Assembly: GCF_009914755.1 (NCBI RefSeq)
Contig: NC_060929.1
DNA from: the human T2T-CHM13v2.0 reference genome, Homo sapiens
Length of the DNA: 64,000 nt
Strand: one strand, 5' to 3'
Under the pieces are notes generated by a model. That model saw only the letters and a list, made by a program, of their open reading frames with translations, had not been told where the DNA came from and searched no databases. A program made the translations under genes and the position numbers. Positions 43,256 to 58,685 of the stretch are shown here, in pieces. The first letter of the stretch is position 1; every line of letters starts with the position of its first letter.

Positions 43256-43435
43256 ATATTTCATTTAAAATATACATATATAAAAATGCTGATGTAACAA
43301 GAATGTTAAATATCCACTATACTAGCCAATAAAGCTGATGATTGGATACATTGTAGCTGGTACTGTAAAATAGTTCATTCTTTTCAGAAATTAACCTGGG
43401 GACACAATTTTGATATCTTAATATATCAATACTGG

Positions 43436-43606
43436 CTTGGTAGACTAAGCCAGAGATATTAAGATAATTATCCATATTCAAATGAGCTATATTAATATAT
43501 CTTAATATATACTCATTCAAATGAGATAATATTACAATACCTTAATATATCAATGCTTATTTGTATATAGAAAATTATCTTAATATCTCTGGCTCAGTCT
43601 ATCAAG
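43436..43606. repeat. 52-bp inverted repeat with a 67-bp spacer
   Basis: 43436-43487 vs reverse complement of 43555-43606: 46/52 identical by hand count. Confidence 0.9.
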
Positions 43607-43873
43607 ACTGCTATAACAAAAATACCATAGACTAAATAGTTTAAGCACTTCTGAAGGGTGGGAAGTCCATAATCAAGGCATCCATATATCTGGTGAAGGC
43701 TCAACTTCCAGCTTGTAGATAGTCACTTTCTTCTATCCTATCTGGGAGGGAGAGAGAAATAGCCAGAGAGAGAGAGACAGAGAGAGAATCTATCTCCCAA
43801 AGGCCCTATATCTAAATATTATTATAATTTAACATATGAATTTTGAGGTGACACAAACATTTAGTCCGTAGCA
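43590..43873 (-). mobile_element. MLT1A/MSTD-type LTR, internally deleted
   Basis: gactgctataacaaaaataccatagact...gacacaaacatttagtccgtagca. Confidence 0.8.
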
Positions 43874-46077
43874 ATATCAAGAACATTTTCATAAACATTC
43901 ATGGATAAGGGCAATAATTTGAAACAAGGACAATGCTTCTTAATGCATTATATAGTACATCAGATAATTTGGTAAATAAGGTAACTCTGTTGAAAGCTCT
44001 ATTTAGAATAAAAAAAACCAAATTTTATATAAAGTGTAGTGGGACCACAAATATAATCTCAATGAAAAGGCTCTCACTGAGGCTAATACAGAATTTCTGC
44101 ATCTCACAAATCTCTGACATGTTTCAGGACATATATTAAACACTACCGATGGTAAACAACCAAACAAGCAAAAAGTATTTATTTTTGAGATGTTTGACAT
44201 AAACTACATCTTAAGTCTTAGGGATGGAGGAGTAGAAATACATAGATTTGATGTTATTTTTCTGTGCCAAACTATGTGTCTCCCCAATAACCATTTATTC
44301 TTCCAATTTCCCTGGAAACATTACAACAAAATGTCAAATCTGCAGTTTCAGCACACCACTCAAAATGGTGGCACAATCTTCAAGTGACCTCTTCTAATGC
44401 TCAATTTTTCCCACAGAAAATATCTATTTTTATCCATATTTACTCCTTCAGCCTCAATTCTCATCCATTTGAATAAACTAGTGCTCTATTTTTATGTGAC
44501 CTTGAAACTAACTAATTTAGGATTCAGCTTCCTCAGTCTAACCTTTCTTACCTGCAAATGTAGAGTAGACTAGAACATCTCTTGGATAATTTTCACAATG
44601 ATATCCTGTGATTTTCATGAGTGTTGCTGTGTGAACAGACTCAAACCTATCATGTTCATTTTGAATCACTAAAATATTTTGGACCTCACCATTATAGCAA
44701 TATTTAAATGTTAAATGTGAATTTTTACTAAGTTGCTTAACATTGCACATCTTTTAAAGCTAATATTTAGTTTAAAACAACGACCATTTCTATTTATGTG
44801 AAAATAGAATAAATTACTTATACAATAATTGAGACAAGATTGCCTGACACTGAAAATGTATATGCTGCTGTCTGAAATGTATCTATGTTCCTTTTATACA
44901 ATGTTCATTTATATTTTTCTATGCCATACAAAAGAGGAGATTCATAATTTCCTTAGAATATGGGAGTTTATATTGTCAATGTTTTCAGTGAAAGATTTTT
45001 TTAATTCCAGAAAGTATATGCATAGACAGATAATTTACTGTACTATGATTTTCTTGCCAATAAGGATACATATATGAAAAACAATATCTAATCCAAAGTT
45101 TCTTACAGAAGAATTAAAGGAAATTGAGAGAAGTTACAGGGTGGTACCTCTTTTTTGTTCTAACAGAACAAAGAGAAAAAGTTTTTAGAAATATGCTATC
45201 CAATAGGAAAATTTGTCTTTTGCATTGAGTTTACCTTAGCTGAAGATTGAATGAGCATTTTTTTTCAGTAGATATGTATGATGACTTGACTCATATTTAC
45301 AGTTACTAAGCCATACCAACGTAGTTTAACTTATTTTTAATTTGTACTTATCTTTCGTAACTCCTGAAGCATATTGTCCTGTGGAAGTCTTGTCAGAAGC
45401 CTTCTCCAGTCTCAGTCTATCTGATGCTTTTATTTGTGATTAATTGGATCCTGAAATATCTGTACATTGTATTTACCAAAATGTGTATTAAATATGGAGT
45501 TATTGGTTTCTCACTGTTCTATCGGTATCACTTAATGTAGTGCACATAACACAGTATATTCATCATAACATTTGTTTAGTCAATACAAAATATATCCATC
45601 TTTAGCTGTGAATATATTGATAAAGAGAGGACTATCATACAGAATTGTAGACATTTTGTTGCTAGATACTGAGTAATCTAATTCATATAAAATGTTGCCA
45701 CACATATGTCTAAAGCAGAGCATACACTGGTTATGAAGAAACCTTTTTATTCAGTGTCTATCTTAAATAAGGTCCCAAAGTTATGAGGTTTTATTTTTAA
45801 AAAAAACACAATTATAAAGGAATCAGTCTACCAGATTTCAGTGAGTATCAGTAAAACAATTTTATACAGATACAATAATCGAAACCGGGTGTTATTGGCA
45901 AATGAATCAAAACACAGATCATGGGCACAGAATAGAGAACCCAAAAATAGTCCTATGAAAGGGTGGCTAATTTTTGACGAAAGTGCAAAAGCATATCCAA
46001 GGAAGAAAAATCGTCTTTTCCACAAATTGTCCTGGGACAAACAACTGGATAGCTATAGGTGAAACAATAAATCTTGA

Positions 46078-46308
<231 letters not shown>

Positions 46309-46790
46309 TAACTCAAAATGGAACATGGATGTAAATGTAGAGACATAAAACTTTAAGAAGATAACACAGGAAAAAAAATATTTGGAACTTAGGTCTTGAT
46401 GAAGTGTTCTTACACATGTCACCAAAAACATAATTCATAAAAGAAGAAAATCAGTAAATTCTACTTTACCAATCTTAGAAACATGTGTTTTGCAACAGAC
46501 TGTATTAAAATAATGAATAACAATCTAAACCCTGGGAGAAAATATTTGCTTATCACGTCTTTTGAATTACTAGTGTACTGTAATTTCAGATTATGAAAAG
46601 AACTCTCAAAATGAACAAACCAGTTAGATAATGGGCAGAAGACATAAAGGGATATTTCACTGAAGAGGATATACAGATATCAAAGAAACAGATGAAAAAT
46701 TTTTCAACATTACTAGTAATTAGGGAAATGAAATTTAGGACTACAATGACATGTCATTACACACCCATTAGAACAACTAAATTAAAAAAT

Positions 46791-47585
46791 GATATGTGGA
46801 GCAAAGATACCCCTTGTACACTGCTGGTGGGAATGTAAATTAGTATAGCCATTATAGAAAACAGTATGGAGGTTCCCATAAAACTAAAAATAGAATTACC
46901 ATACAAACTAGCAATTTCACTGCTGGCCATTTACCTGAAAGATTTGAAACCAGTATGTCAAGGAGACTCCTGCACTCCCATGTTCATTATAGCACTGTTT
47001 ATTATAGCCAAGTTATAGAATCTACCTTAGCCTCCATCAATGAATAAATGGATAAAGAATGGGTGATATACATATACAATGGGATACTATTCAGAATTTT
47101 TTTAAGATCTCTCATTTGCAACAATATGGATAAAATTGGAGGACATTATGCTAAGGGAAATAAGCCAAGCACAGAAAGATAAATACCTCTTGTTCTCTCT
47201 TATATGGGGAATGTAAAACAATTTATCTCATTGAAGCAGAGTAGAATCGTTATTACCAGAGGCTGGGGTGGAGAATAGGGAGATGATAGTCAAAGGGTAC
47301 AAAGTCTTAGTGAGATAAGACAAATAAATTTGCTTTTTTGTCCCAATCTGCTGCACATGGTGAATATAGCTAATAATTGAATACTGTATTTTTCTAAATC
47401 ACTAAGTAAATAGATTTCAAATGTTCTCATCACAAAGAAATTAAATATTTCAGGTGATGGAGATGTTAATGAGCTTTATTTAATTATCACCCACTGTATT
47501 CAAAAATTATAACATCACTTTATATATCACAAAGACATACATCTATAATTTGTCAGTATATAATAAAAAATACAAACTTCAAATT
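46791..47585 (+). mobile_element. L1MA 3' end nested in an older L1
   Basis: tgtacactgctggtgggaatgtaaattag...caaatgttctcatcacaaaga...A-rich tail. Confidence 0.85.
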
Positions 47586-47702
47586 TCAAAAACAAATTCT
47601 GACAAGTATACAGAGAAATTGGATCACCATATAATGTTGATGGAATGTAAATGGCATAGCCACTCTAGAAAATAGGATGACAGCTCTTAAAAATCTAGTA
47701 AC

Positions 47703-48037
<335 letters not shown>

Positions 48038-48346
48038 TTACACTCCTAGGACAGAGAAATTAGAACTCATGTTTACACAAGAATCTGTGCTTGAGTTTTC
48101 ATAGCAGTCTTACATATAATACTCACAAATTAGAAAAAAACAAATGTTTAAAATATAACATCCGTTTGTAATCATAAATGTTGATTTTATTTTTAAGATA
48201 AATTATTTAGTAAAATTATTTTCTCTAAAGCAACTATAAAATTTTGGTCCCTTATTAGATAAATCCATTCATTCTAAGGCTCATCTTCTCATTACAAGCC
48301 ATCATTCATTTAAAAAGGGCATCTTTTACTTGCTGTTTTGAGACTG

Positions 48347-49028
48347 CAGGCATACCTCAGAGATATTGTGGTTTCAGATCCATATCACCACAATAAAGTG
48401 AATATCACAATAAATCAAGTCACATAAATATTTTGGCTTCCCAGTGCATAAAAAAGTCATATTTTAGGTTATACTCTGACTAGTCTATTACGTGTGCAAT
48501 AGTAAAAACAAGGTACATACATTAATGAAAAAACACTGCTAATGATCATGCAGGCCTTCTTAAGTTGTAATCTTTTTGTGGTGAAGGGTCCTGCGTAGAT
48601 GTTAATAGCTGCTGACTAATCAGGCTGCTGAAAGTTGAAGTGGATACAGCAATTTCTTAAAATAAAACAACAGTAATGTTTGCTACATTCATTAACTCTT
48701 CCTTTCATGAAATATTTCTCTGTGTCATACAATGTTGTTTGATATCATTTTACTCAAAATAGAAGTTATTTAAAAATTGAAGACAATTCTCTCAAATCCT
48801 ACTGCTGCTCCTTCAGCTAAATTTATGGACTATTTTGTAATCTTTTTTTGTCATTTCAACAATGTTCACAGTATCTTTACCAGAGGTAGATTCCACCTCA
48901 CCACTTTCTTTGCTCATCCATAATAAGCAACTCATCAATCACTCAAGTTTTATCATAAGCTATTATATATTCAGGCTCCTAATATCTAACTCTAGTTTTC
49001 TTGCTATTTCCACCACTTTGCAGTTACC
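48347..49028 (-). mobile_element. Tigger1 3' end with transposase C-terminal remnant
   Basis: TIR caggcatacctcagagatattg; ccactttctttgctcatccataataagcaactc encodes ELLIMDEQRKW on the minus strand. Confidence 0.88.
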
Positions 49029-49379
49029 TATAAAATCTTAAATTAAGCCTCTAGATATAAATTTCCTGATACAATACTTTACAAATGACATAACTGTATC
49101 AGTGGTCTACCATGACACTTAGAGAAGATAACACAGGTATTCATCCTTTTTGGTTATCTCACCCTACCATTTTCTCAAGATTTTTGTTACATGTTCTGAG
49201 ATCTTTTCCTTCATGCATTAGCAATATTTATATTGATATAACATTTACACACACTTTTAAAATTTATACCATGTATATACTCTTTCTGATTCTGCACATA
49301 TTAAAGAATCTTCCCCCATACCACAGTTCCACAGTTTCCCTATTCTTTTTTTTCTTTAAATTCAAAACTTGATTGGCTA

Positions 49380-50110
49380 AATTTAATCAAGATTTTTGCT
49401 TTTTCAAAATAGGCACATAATTTCTATATTTTCTGAATTCACATGTCTAGAACATCCTGTTACTATAACACTGGAACAGCAACTTGCTGGTATTAAAATT
49501 CTTAAGTCCTGAGTATTCTTTTTTTTCACCAGACATCTTTATTGCTGTTTCATGGTAATCAAATATTCAATGTTTTTGAAATATAGTCTGAGACTAATAA
49601 TTTATCCTTCTGGTAAAGTAGGTAAATTTTTTTGCCCTAAAAGCCAGAAAGATTTATTATGCTCAAATTTCAATAATTTTTCAGAACATGTCTTGGTATC
49701 AAACACTAATTATTAATTTTTCCTTGTTCTGAGATTGAAGTACTATCCACAGACAGTGGTTTTGAATATGTGATTGTGCATTGTTTTTGTGTATGTGTGT
49801 CCTCTACTACATGGTCACTAGTGGAATTTTCTTGCTACTTGCTTTGATCTCAGCCAGTTTTGCTCTGGGAATAATAAGCATTTTATTTTTGTCTTCCAAA
49901 TCTAACTCAATTTATCTCTTTTCCTCTGATTTTCTGACTACTAGCAATCCAATGCACTATCAACCAAAATCTTTCAATAAGTATATTTGCCTGGTCATAT
50001 TCTCAAAGAAAAATATTTCAAATTTTAAAACTGTTATATATTTGATGTTTATTTTATTAATACCAAACCAGATTAAGAAATTTCCATTCCAATCACAGTT
50101 TTCTATAAAT
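49380..50110 (-). mobile_element. HAL1/L1M-like fossil
   Basis: T-rich antisense ORF1-like motifs, highly diverged. Confidence 0.35.
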
Positions 50111-50776
50111 TTTTAATCATACACATATGTTCAATTTAATAACACCTTTGTGTCTATCAAGCTAATTATGTTTTCTCCTATATTCTACTAATGTGGTCAA
50201 CTTGTTATTATGGTTCTATTTGTCTTTTAAAAGTTTTTGGTAGTATTTCTTTTTCTTTATAATCTTTGGAAGATTTTTTTGTTCATTTAGCGTTATATTT
50301 TTGTTAAATACATTGTAGAGTGCACCAGTGAAGCCCATAGGCCTGATGGTTTTATATGAAAATAATTGCAATTGCAGATTCATTTATTATAACATTTGTA
50401 GGACTAGTTTTTTTTTTTTTTTTTTTGGTTTGACAGGTTTTTCTTCTTCTAAAAATATTAAAATCAGATATATTTTAAGTAATAAGTTGTAAGCCATACC
50501 CCATAGCAATTTTTTATCAAGATAAATATATAGTAAATTCCAAGCATTAGTCTCTCTTTGTTCCCACTCTTAATTATGAATTACCCAAGGTGAATATTAT
50601 TATGGAATATTTATCTATTATATTACAAATAGATTTTGAGTTTTTTTTCCAGTGTGGAGTCTTTTGAATAACGCAATTATAAAGCCTTGTGCAAGTTTTA
50701 GAAATGTAAATATGTGTACAATTCTGTTTTGTATATACCTAGGAATAAAATTTCTGGATTATGATATATAGATGTA

Positions 50777-51204
50777 CAGTTGACCCTTGAACAACATGGG
50801 TTTGAACTGTGTGGGCCCACTTGTATGCAGATTTTCTTCTGCCTCTGCTATCCCAGAAACAGCATCACCACCTCCTCCTCCTCTTTCTCTTCCTCAGCCT
50901 ACTCAACATGAAGATGAGGAAGAAGACCATTATGATGATATACTTCTACTTAATAAGTAGTAAATGTATTTTCTCTTCCTTATGATTTGCTTAATAACAT
51001 TACCATAAATTTTTGTAAGAATACAGTATTTAATATACATAACATACAAAATATGAGTTAATGGTTTATGTTTGTGGTTTATGTTATAAGTAAAGATTCT
51101 GGTCAAGAGTAGGCTATTAGTAATTAAGATTTGGGAAATCAAAAGTAATTTCAGCTGTACAGAGGTCAGTGTCCAAAACCCCTATGTTGTTTAAGAATCA
51201 ACTG
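50777..51204. mobile_element. Tigger2a (MER28)
   Basis: TIRs cagttgacccttgaacaac / gttgtttaagaatcaactg; TA TSD on both sides. Confidence 0.9.
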
Positions 51205-52053
51205 TAGAAATAATAACAACTGTTGTCAAAATAATAGTTTTAGTTTACATTTCTACCAGCATTATTTGAAATTACTTATCATTCCCAATGCTTGCCATCA
51301 CTTAATATCGTCTGTTTAATATTTAACTTTCTGCTGGCTATGTAGGGAGTATTGCGTGTGCTAAATTTGTGTTTCCTCAAGGACTAACGATACTGAGCAA
51401 ATTTTACATGCATATTGGCTCTTTAAATATCCTATCATGTGACACCTCTTCAAGTTTCTCATCTATTTTTCTGTTCAGTTTTCTGTCTTGTACTTACTGA
51501 TAATAAACGTACTTTATTTCTTCTGTATAAAAGTTCTTTATAGTTATAGGTGTTAAAGATGTATTATCTAACATGACTTGCTTTGTTTTTTCATTAATCT
51601 GTTGAATTTAGTTTACAATTCCTTAATTTTAATAAATATTAATTTATCAATCAATATTTTATATTTATTTACATGCCACATTTAAGTAATTAATGCTTAT
51701 TATAATATCATGAAGTTATTCTCCATTGTTATCTTCTAAAATTATTATTTCCAACTTTCACATTTAGATCAATCATTCACCTGGAATTTATTTTTGTATA
51801 TTGTGTGAGGTAGGCTCAAGTTTTATGTTTTTGCTTTTTTCTGGACGTTTATTTCACCCTGCCCAATTTTTTAAAATGTCTGTTGGTTCTATTATTCTGA
51901 AGTATAACCTTTGTTATAAAAAAGGAACATGTATTAATATGTCTGTGTTTTGCATTTTTTCTTTCCCATTGTCATGTTGTATACCCTCAGCATTACCAGA
52001 TTTTCTTAATTACTGGAACTTCATATATTAAAAGCTTGTTAATATATATTTTC

Positions 52054-52218
52054 CAAAAATTAGCCAGGCATGATGGCTCATGCCTGTAGTCCCACCTACT
52101 TAGGAGGCTGAGTCAGGAGAATTGCTTGAACCTGGAGGTGGAGGTTGCAGTGAGCCGAGATCGCCCCCACTGCACTCCAGCCTGGGCAACAGAGTGAGAC
52201 GCCGTCTCAAAAAGAAAA
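52054..52218 (+). mobile_element. AluS right monomer only
   Basis: caaaaattagccaggcatg...gtctcaaaaagaaaa. Confidence 0.9.
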
Positions 52219-52874
52219 GTATTTTCTACATTTGTTATTAAACATTATCTTGGTGACATTCATTTTTCATGTAATTTTTAGAATCACTTAAGTTATGTTT
52301 ATAGACACATACACACACACACAAACACAAACATTCCCATGCACATGCACAGAACAACAACAAATTATGTCTTTCTTTAGTTTTCCATTGATTACTATTG
52401 TTAGGGTTTTATTAGTTTTGCTCATCTTCTTATAGGCCAAAATTTTAACTGTTGATTTGTTTTTTCTTTGCATGTATCTAATTCACTGATTTTCATTTTT
52501 AAAATGTTTATTTATATCCATTCTTCTACTTAACTTGTGTAATTGGTTTATTTTGTTCTTTTTGTCTAATTTTTTTATAATAGAAGCTGAGATAATTGCT
52601 TTTATACTTTTTTATGTCTTATAGTGTCATTTTAACTAAAAATTTTACTTTAGCAACTGCTTTAGATAACATACCTCATAGTTTTTATTATTCTACATTG
52701 TCATTTTTTTCTACTAAAAAATTTATAATTTCTTTGGGGATTAAAGAAATCCTACCCATGGGTTGCTTGGAAGCTTATTACTTGAATTCAAATACCTGAG
52801 TTTTTTCTTAATATTATATTTTTACTGATTTCTACCTTGAATGTTTTTACTTAAATGTTCCATATATTCTTTTT

Positions 52875-53787
52875 CTGTTTGTTTTAATTGATTATTTTTT
52901 GGAGCAGTTTTAGGTTTACAATAAACTTAGTGGAAGATACAGAGATTTCCTTTTTCCTCTCTGCCTCAACACATTCATTGCCTTCATCATCAATACCTGC
53001 CATCTACAGTGGTATATTTATTATAGTTGATGAAGCTATGATAATACGTTATTATGCAAAGTCTTTATGTTAGGATTCATTTTTAGCCTTGCACATGCTA
53101 TGGGTTTGGACAAATTTACAATGTCATGTATCCACCATTATAGTATCATATGAAATAGTTACATTTCCCTAAAAATCCTCTGTGCTCTTCCTGTTCATCC
53201 CCCCTTCCTCCAAATCCCTGGCAATGACTGATATTTTAACTGTCTGCATAGTTTTGCCTTTCCTATTATAGTTGGAGTCGCACAGTATGCAGCCTTTTCA
53301 GATTGGCTTGTTTTCACTTAGTAATATGTACTTAAGTTTTCTCCATGTCTTTTCATGGCTCAAAACTTCATTTCCTTTAGGCACTGAATAATATTCCACT
53401 GCCTAGATACAAGACAGGTTTCTTAAATCCATTCACCTACTGAAGAACATCTTGGTTACTTAAAATTTTGGCAATTATGAATAAAGCTGCCATAAACATT
53501 CACGTGCAAGATTCTGCATAGACAGAAGTTTTCAACTCCTTTGGGTAAATATCAAGGTGCACCATTGCTGGATTGTATGGTAAGAGTATATTTACTTTTG
53601 TAAGAAGCTACCAAACGGTCTTTCAAAGTTATTGTACCATTTTGCACTTCAACCAGCAGTGAATGAGAATTCTTGTTGCCTCACATTCTTGATAACATTT
53701 GGTATTGTTGTCAATGTCTTGAATTTTGGCCATTCTAATAGGTGTGTAGTGGTATTATATTGTTGTTTTAACTTGTATTTCCCTACA
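52875..53787 (-). mobile_element. L1MC1-like 3' end
   Basis: gagcagttttaggtttaca...gtatccaccattatagtatcata...ggccattctaataggtgtgtagtgg. Confidence 0.85.
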
Positions 53788-56168
53788 AATGTTCTTAAAA
53801 TATATGTATTCTATAGTTATTTGATGTAGAATTGTATAAATTTTATTTAGGAAATTTTGTTGTTAGCATTGCTCATATACTGTAAATGCTTAGCGGTTAT
53901 TTTGGTATAAATTTTCTATTAACAATCGAGAAAGGGATGTTAAAATTTCTAATTATGTTTCTGAATGTATCAATTTGTCTCTTTAATTGTATCATCTTTT
54001 TGTTCTTATATTTGAACTTCTTTTAGTAGGTGTGTGTACATTTTGGTTATCATGTCTCCTTGATAAACTGAATTTTGTATCATTGAGAATTTTTTCTTCT
54101 ATGTAATAGCATTGTTTTTCTCTAAGCCTACATTTATAATATTCATATAGCCATATCAGCTATCTTAAGTTCAGTGTTTACATTATATATCTATTTACAT
54201 CCTTCAGTTTAAATTTTCACTAATGTCTTTATATTTAAAATGAGTTTACTGTACATAGCATGTAGCTTGGTTCTATTATGTTCTCTAATCTTATGCTTTC
54301 TTTTTTAGTGGTTTATTTTACTTTATGTATTAATATAATCATTTATATTATTTACTTTATATATTTATAAAATAATTGATAAAGATGCTTCAAATCTACC
54401 TTATTTTTATTTATTTTCTCTCTCACATCTTTTGCCTTTGTTTTGATTGTTATTTGTTTGTTGTTCTCTTTTTTCCTGCCTCATTCCAGTGGAATATAGT
54501 ATTTTTAAGTATTCTATTTTATTCTAAAACATTTTAGAAATAACTTACTTGTGATTTTCGTTTCCTTTTCAGTGTTTGCCCCAGTGATTACAATATGCAT
54601 CTTTAAATTATGGAAGTTTCCTGTCACATAATTTCATATTTATGAATTATGTATGTACCTTATAACCACATCATTCTATCTATCCCCTATTACTCCTTTT
54701 GGTATTCTTATATATGTTGCAAAACCTACAATTTTTTATTAAATTTATTTTAACTTAAAGAATCATAGTTTATGAAATTTTATAATGTATATTTACTTCC
54801 ATAATATTCTTTCTAGTGATTTTCATATTCACCTGTTGAATCCAACTTCCAGGTGCTATTATTTTTTTTCAGCTTGAAGATTTTTACCACTTTTTTGAAA
54901 TGCACATTTGCTAAAAATTTTCTTTCAATTTGCTCTCTGCAAATGTTCATTTAAATTCATTTTGAATATATTTTCTGTTGATATAGAATTACAGCTCAAT
55001 AGTCTTTTCATTTTTGTCAATTTAAAGATAATATTGTACTATCTTCTTTCCTCTATATTTCTGATGAGTAACTGAGTAATATGTTTTATGTGTGTGTATG
55101 TGTGTGTGTGTAGACACATGCATAAATATAGTTATTTTTAATATACTACGTGTCTTTTTTTCTGATGAATTTGTCTTCCTACATTGTGATTTGGTGTGCC
55201 TAGGTGTGGCTTTCTCTGTATTTATCCTGTGAATGTTAAGTGACATTTGTTGGTTGGTTTGTTTGCTTGGCTCTGTGAGAGACATTTTCACAGTTTAGGG
55301 AAATTCCCTTTCATATCTTTTCAAAGATATCTTCTCATTTTATTTTTCCTGCTGTTTGGATACTCAATTGGACATATATTATATCACTTACTATTGACCA
55401 TATATCCCAAATACATGTTCTTATATTTTTCACATTTTTATTGATACTGTGTTTGATAATTTCTATAGCCCCTATGTTTATAGGCACAGAGTCTTTCTTC
55501 TAATGTGTGGATCTACTGCTAAGTCCAAACAGCCCTTCATTTCCTATTTTATAGTTTAAAATTAATAAAATTATACATTTTGTTTTAATTTTTCTCTTTT
55601 TCATTGGGTATATTTTTTCTACCTTCTTACCTTTGCTATGTCCTCTATGTGCTCATGAATATTGTCCTTATTTTGCACTATATGCATGAACATATTTACC
55701 AATGTTATTTTAAAGTATCTTCTGGGTAATTCCAACCTTCAGGACATCTGTGAATCTTCTTATATTGACTCTTTATTCTCTTGACCACGTGACTTAATTA
55801 AGTTAATAATAGTTATTTCATAGAAGAGTTTGCTCCTTATTGTGGAGAGCAGGTTGTTTTGGGGGCTGACTCTGTTATTTAATTCAGCTGTGTCTGCATT
55901 TCATTGCACTTTCAGTTTGAGTTCACCAGTGGTTTCAAACACTCTGAGAATGGGATCAGATATTTCACTCCAGCAGTGCTTGAAATCTGAGCAATGACAG
56001 ATCTCTTTGTGGATTTCAGTTTACCTGCCATATTTTGGGGTTATTGGGAAGTTTGTTTTGCCTTGCAGTTCTGACTTGGTCTTTCTGCACATTGTGTGAT
56101 CTCTTTCATCTTGGTTTTTGTTTTATTAACATCCAGCCTTTAGTTAATGCCTTGAACTTGGTGAAAAT

Positions 56169-56686
56169 TACCAAGAACTGTGAAAGATCTAATAGTTTTC
56201 TCTTTTGGCAAGGTAGCAAATTAGCCTGCCATAATATTGTGGATGCTGGAAGACATCAGGAGATTTCTAGGTCAGAGACAAAAGACTTTATTACTCACAA
56301 GACAGCAAGTAACATAAGCTTTATGTTTACAGTATCTCATCCCCGTCAAGTCCCATGGCAATGAGGTAGAGGTGAACTTTGCTAGATGCTACACAAACAG
56401 TGAGTATGCATTACAACTGAGGAACACTGAGTTTAGGAAACCCAAATCTTTATAATGGACCTCAACCAAACCTATATGACTTTGCTCCAAAAAAAAAAGA
56501 GTTTATCATACTGAGTAGTGTAGTATTAACCCTCTTTTTTAGAGGTAGACAGTCATCTCTACCTTCCATAGTTTTATGTTATGAAACACTCTTGAAAAAA
56601 TAAGAACAAAAAACCATCAGTGTGTCTGCTGACAAAACATAGGAATGCAGGAAACCCAAAGATCATTGTCTCTAAGCCTCCCAACA
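56169..56686 (-). mobile_element. LTR40 (ERVL) solo LTR
   Basis: Minus strand starts TGTTGGGAG...ACAAT; other end caagaactgtgaaagatct...ttagcctgcca. Confidence 0.75.
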
Positions 56687-58479
56687 AAAACCTGAATTGA
56701 CTGTAAGAAATATTTCTTAGCTCTTTTGACCTGTCTCAGGCAGTATTCCATGGCTTTGTACAGAAGCAAGATCCTGTATACTTCAAAGGTCATGTTTTCC
56801 TGCTCTCCTGCCCTGTCTTCTATTTTGGCAGACCAGCTACCATCTCCATTCACTCAGGGATGGTCCATGGAAAACACTAACAAGTAACTGCAGAATTGCT
56901 CTGTGACTAGGGTTACTTGGGATATTTTCATCCAGCCAGCCCAAACATAAATAGTTTGGCTGATTTCTTCTTATTCATATCTACTCTTATTTTGCTAGTT
57001 TCCTAATATGTAATGTCTTATTTTTCTTTTGAACTTATGCCTGTAGTTGGATTCTCTTTTGGATGTGGTTGAAGAGTTCATGATAATACCATATATGATT
57101 TGACAACCTAAATTAAAGTTGGCAACACATGTTTTCCAGAGACCCAACTGTTACAGATGCCGCTTCCTTCCATCATTCCTACAGGGCTTAAAAGAGTTAC
57201 ATGTCTTCTCTGTCTCAGGAAAGAATAATTACTCTTTAAATGCTCCTCAGAACTTTTTTGTTTGTTTGTTTGATCTTCAGCTCTCTACTAGTTTCAAATA
57301 GCTGTGATTTTTTGCATATCTGTCTTGGTTTTAGTGTTAAGTTGAAAGCAAGTGTCTCATAATTTTCTACATCCTAATCAGAAGTAGACAACGCACTTAT
57401 CTTCTTTTGTTCAGCAAATAGCTCAGTGTAATCATGATTATTTTCTGATCTTTCCCCTCTGTTGTACCATTAAAAAAGAAAAAAAAAAAAACTCTAGCCA
57501 TCTTAATTTTTTTTTTTTTTAATGAAACTGTGGTTTTCAGAAAACCTTCCATCAGGGCATCCTCTTTTACCCATAAAGCTGATGAGATGAATCAATGAGA
57601 TTTTCACTAATAAAAATTATTTTCTTTCCCAGCTCTGCTTTAAGAACTGTCTGTTTACTTTTGAAGTTGTCTCTCTACTTTCATTAAAGAACATATATAA
57701 ATTTATTTGATGGTAATTTTTTCTTTAGTTTGATAGTTTTTAATATTTTCCTTGGTCTATTTTTATTTTCTATGCTCACTAATTTCATCAGACTTTGTAT
57801 AGAGGTAGTTTTTATAAACTGGTTTCATTTCTCTAGTTGAATCTAGAAATTACTAATCTGTTTTAGGAAATACTATTTATTATATACTCCATATAATTTT
57901 ACGTACATGTCTGTATATGGTGAAAAAGTTAACCAAATATATACACTAAAACTTAGTAATTTGGCGTCATTGTACTTGAGTGGGACACATCACTTTTGCT
58001 CACATTGCTTGGCCATCGCTAGCCTCATGCCATTGGCACAGGGAAGTGTAAGTACCCAAAAGTCAAGTAACAATTATTTTGAGCAATATTATAATAGACC
58101 TCGTAGGCAAGTAGCAAGGCCTGCTATATTACCTAAAAATTCATTATCTGAATTAATAAGATAGGTGGCTCCTAATTAATTAAAAGTTTGTCAGATAAAA
58201 TAGCTCAAATGTTTAGATTCTCTGTTCTGCAGCATTAAAATTAATCAGAGATAAGACTCAAGGGTGTTACTAAGGCACAAGTTAACATAAGATTAAAAAT
58301 TTGTGTCAAAACATAGAACTCAGTATCTGTAGTGAACAGGATTGGGAAGGTGGAAAGGAAGTAGTTTCAGATTTATAACTCAGAGCATGCTATGTCCAAA
58401 CCCGTCCCAGAGACTTGACCATTTGTGTACTATCATAGGCAGATTTTATAACTTTGGAGGAAAAAAAATCTAACTTTAA

Positions 58480-58685
58480 AAAAAGCCTTTTCTATGGGCC
58501 AGTAATAGTTCTAAGCATGGATTAACTTGTTTATCACAATAACCCTATAAAGTTGTTTTCCATAAAAGAAGTTTTAAAAATATATTCCCAATTTTATGTG
58601 TGAAGAAAATGAAGCGCAGAATATTAAAATGGAAATTTCAGCTAAGCTAGTTAGCAAATACCAAGTGAGATGTAAGACAACCCAT
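58480..58685 (-). mobile_element. MIR
   Basis: tcacaataaccctata...cccaattttatgtgtgaagaaaatgaagcgcaga. Confidence 0.65.

Larger units (their letters stand above)
50110..57390 (-). mobile_element. Long fragmented L1ME-type element(s): ORF2, ORF1 and 5'UTR pieces
   Basis: caccagtgaagcccataggcctg, ctttcacatttagatc, gagaaagggatgttaaaatttctaattatg, gtgcctaggtgtggcttt motifs. Confidence 0.65.
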
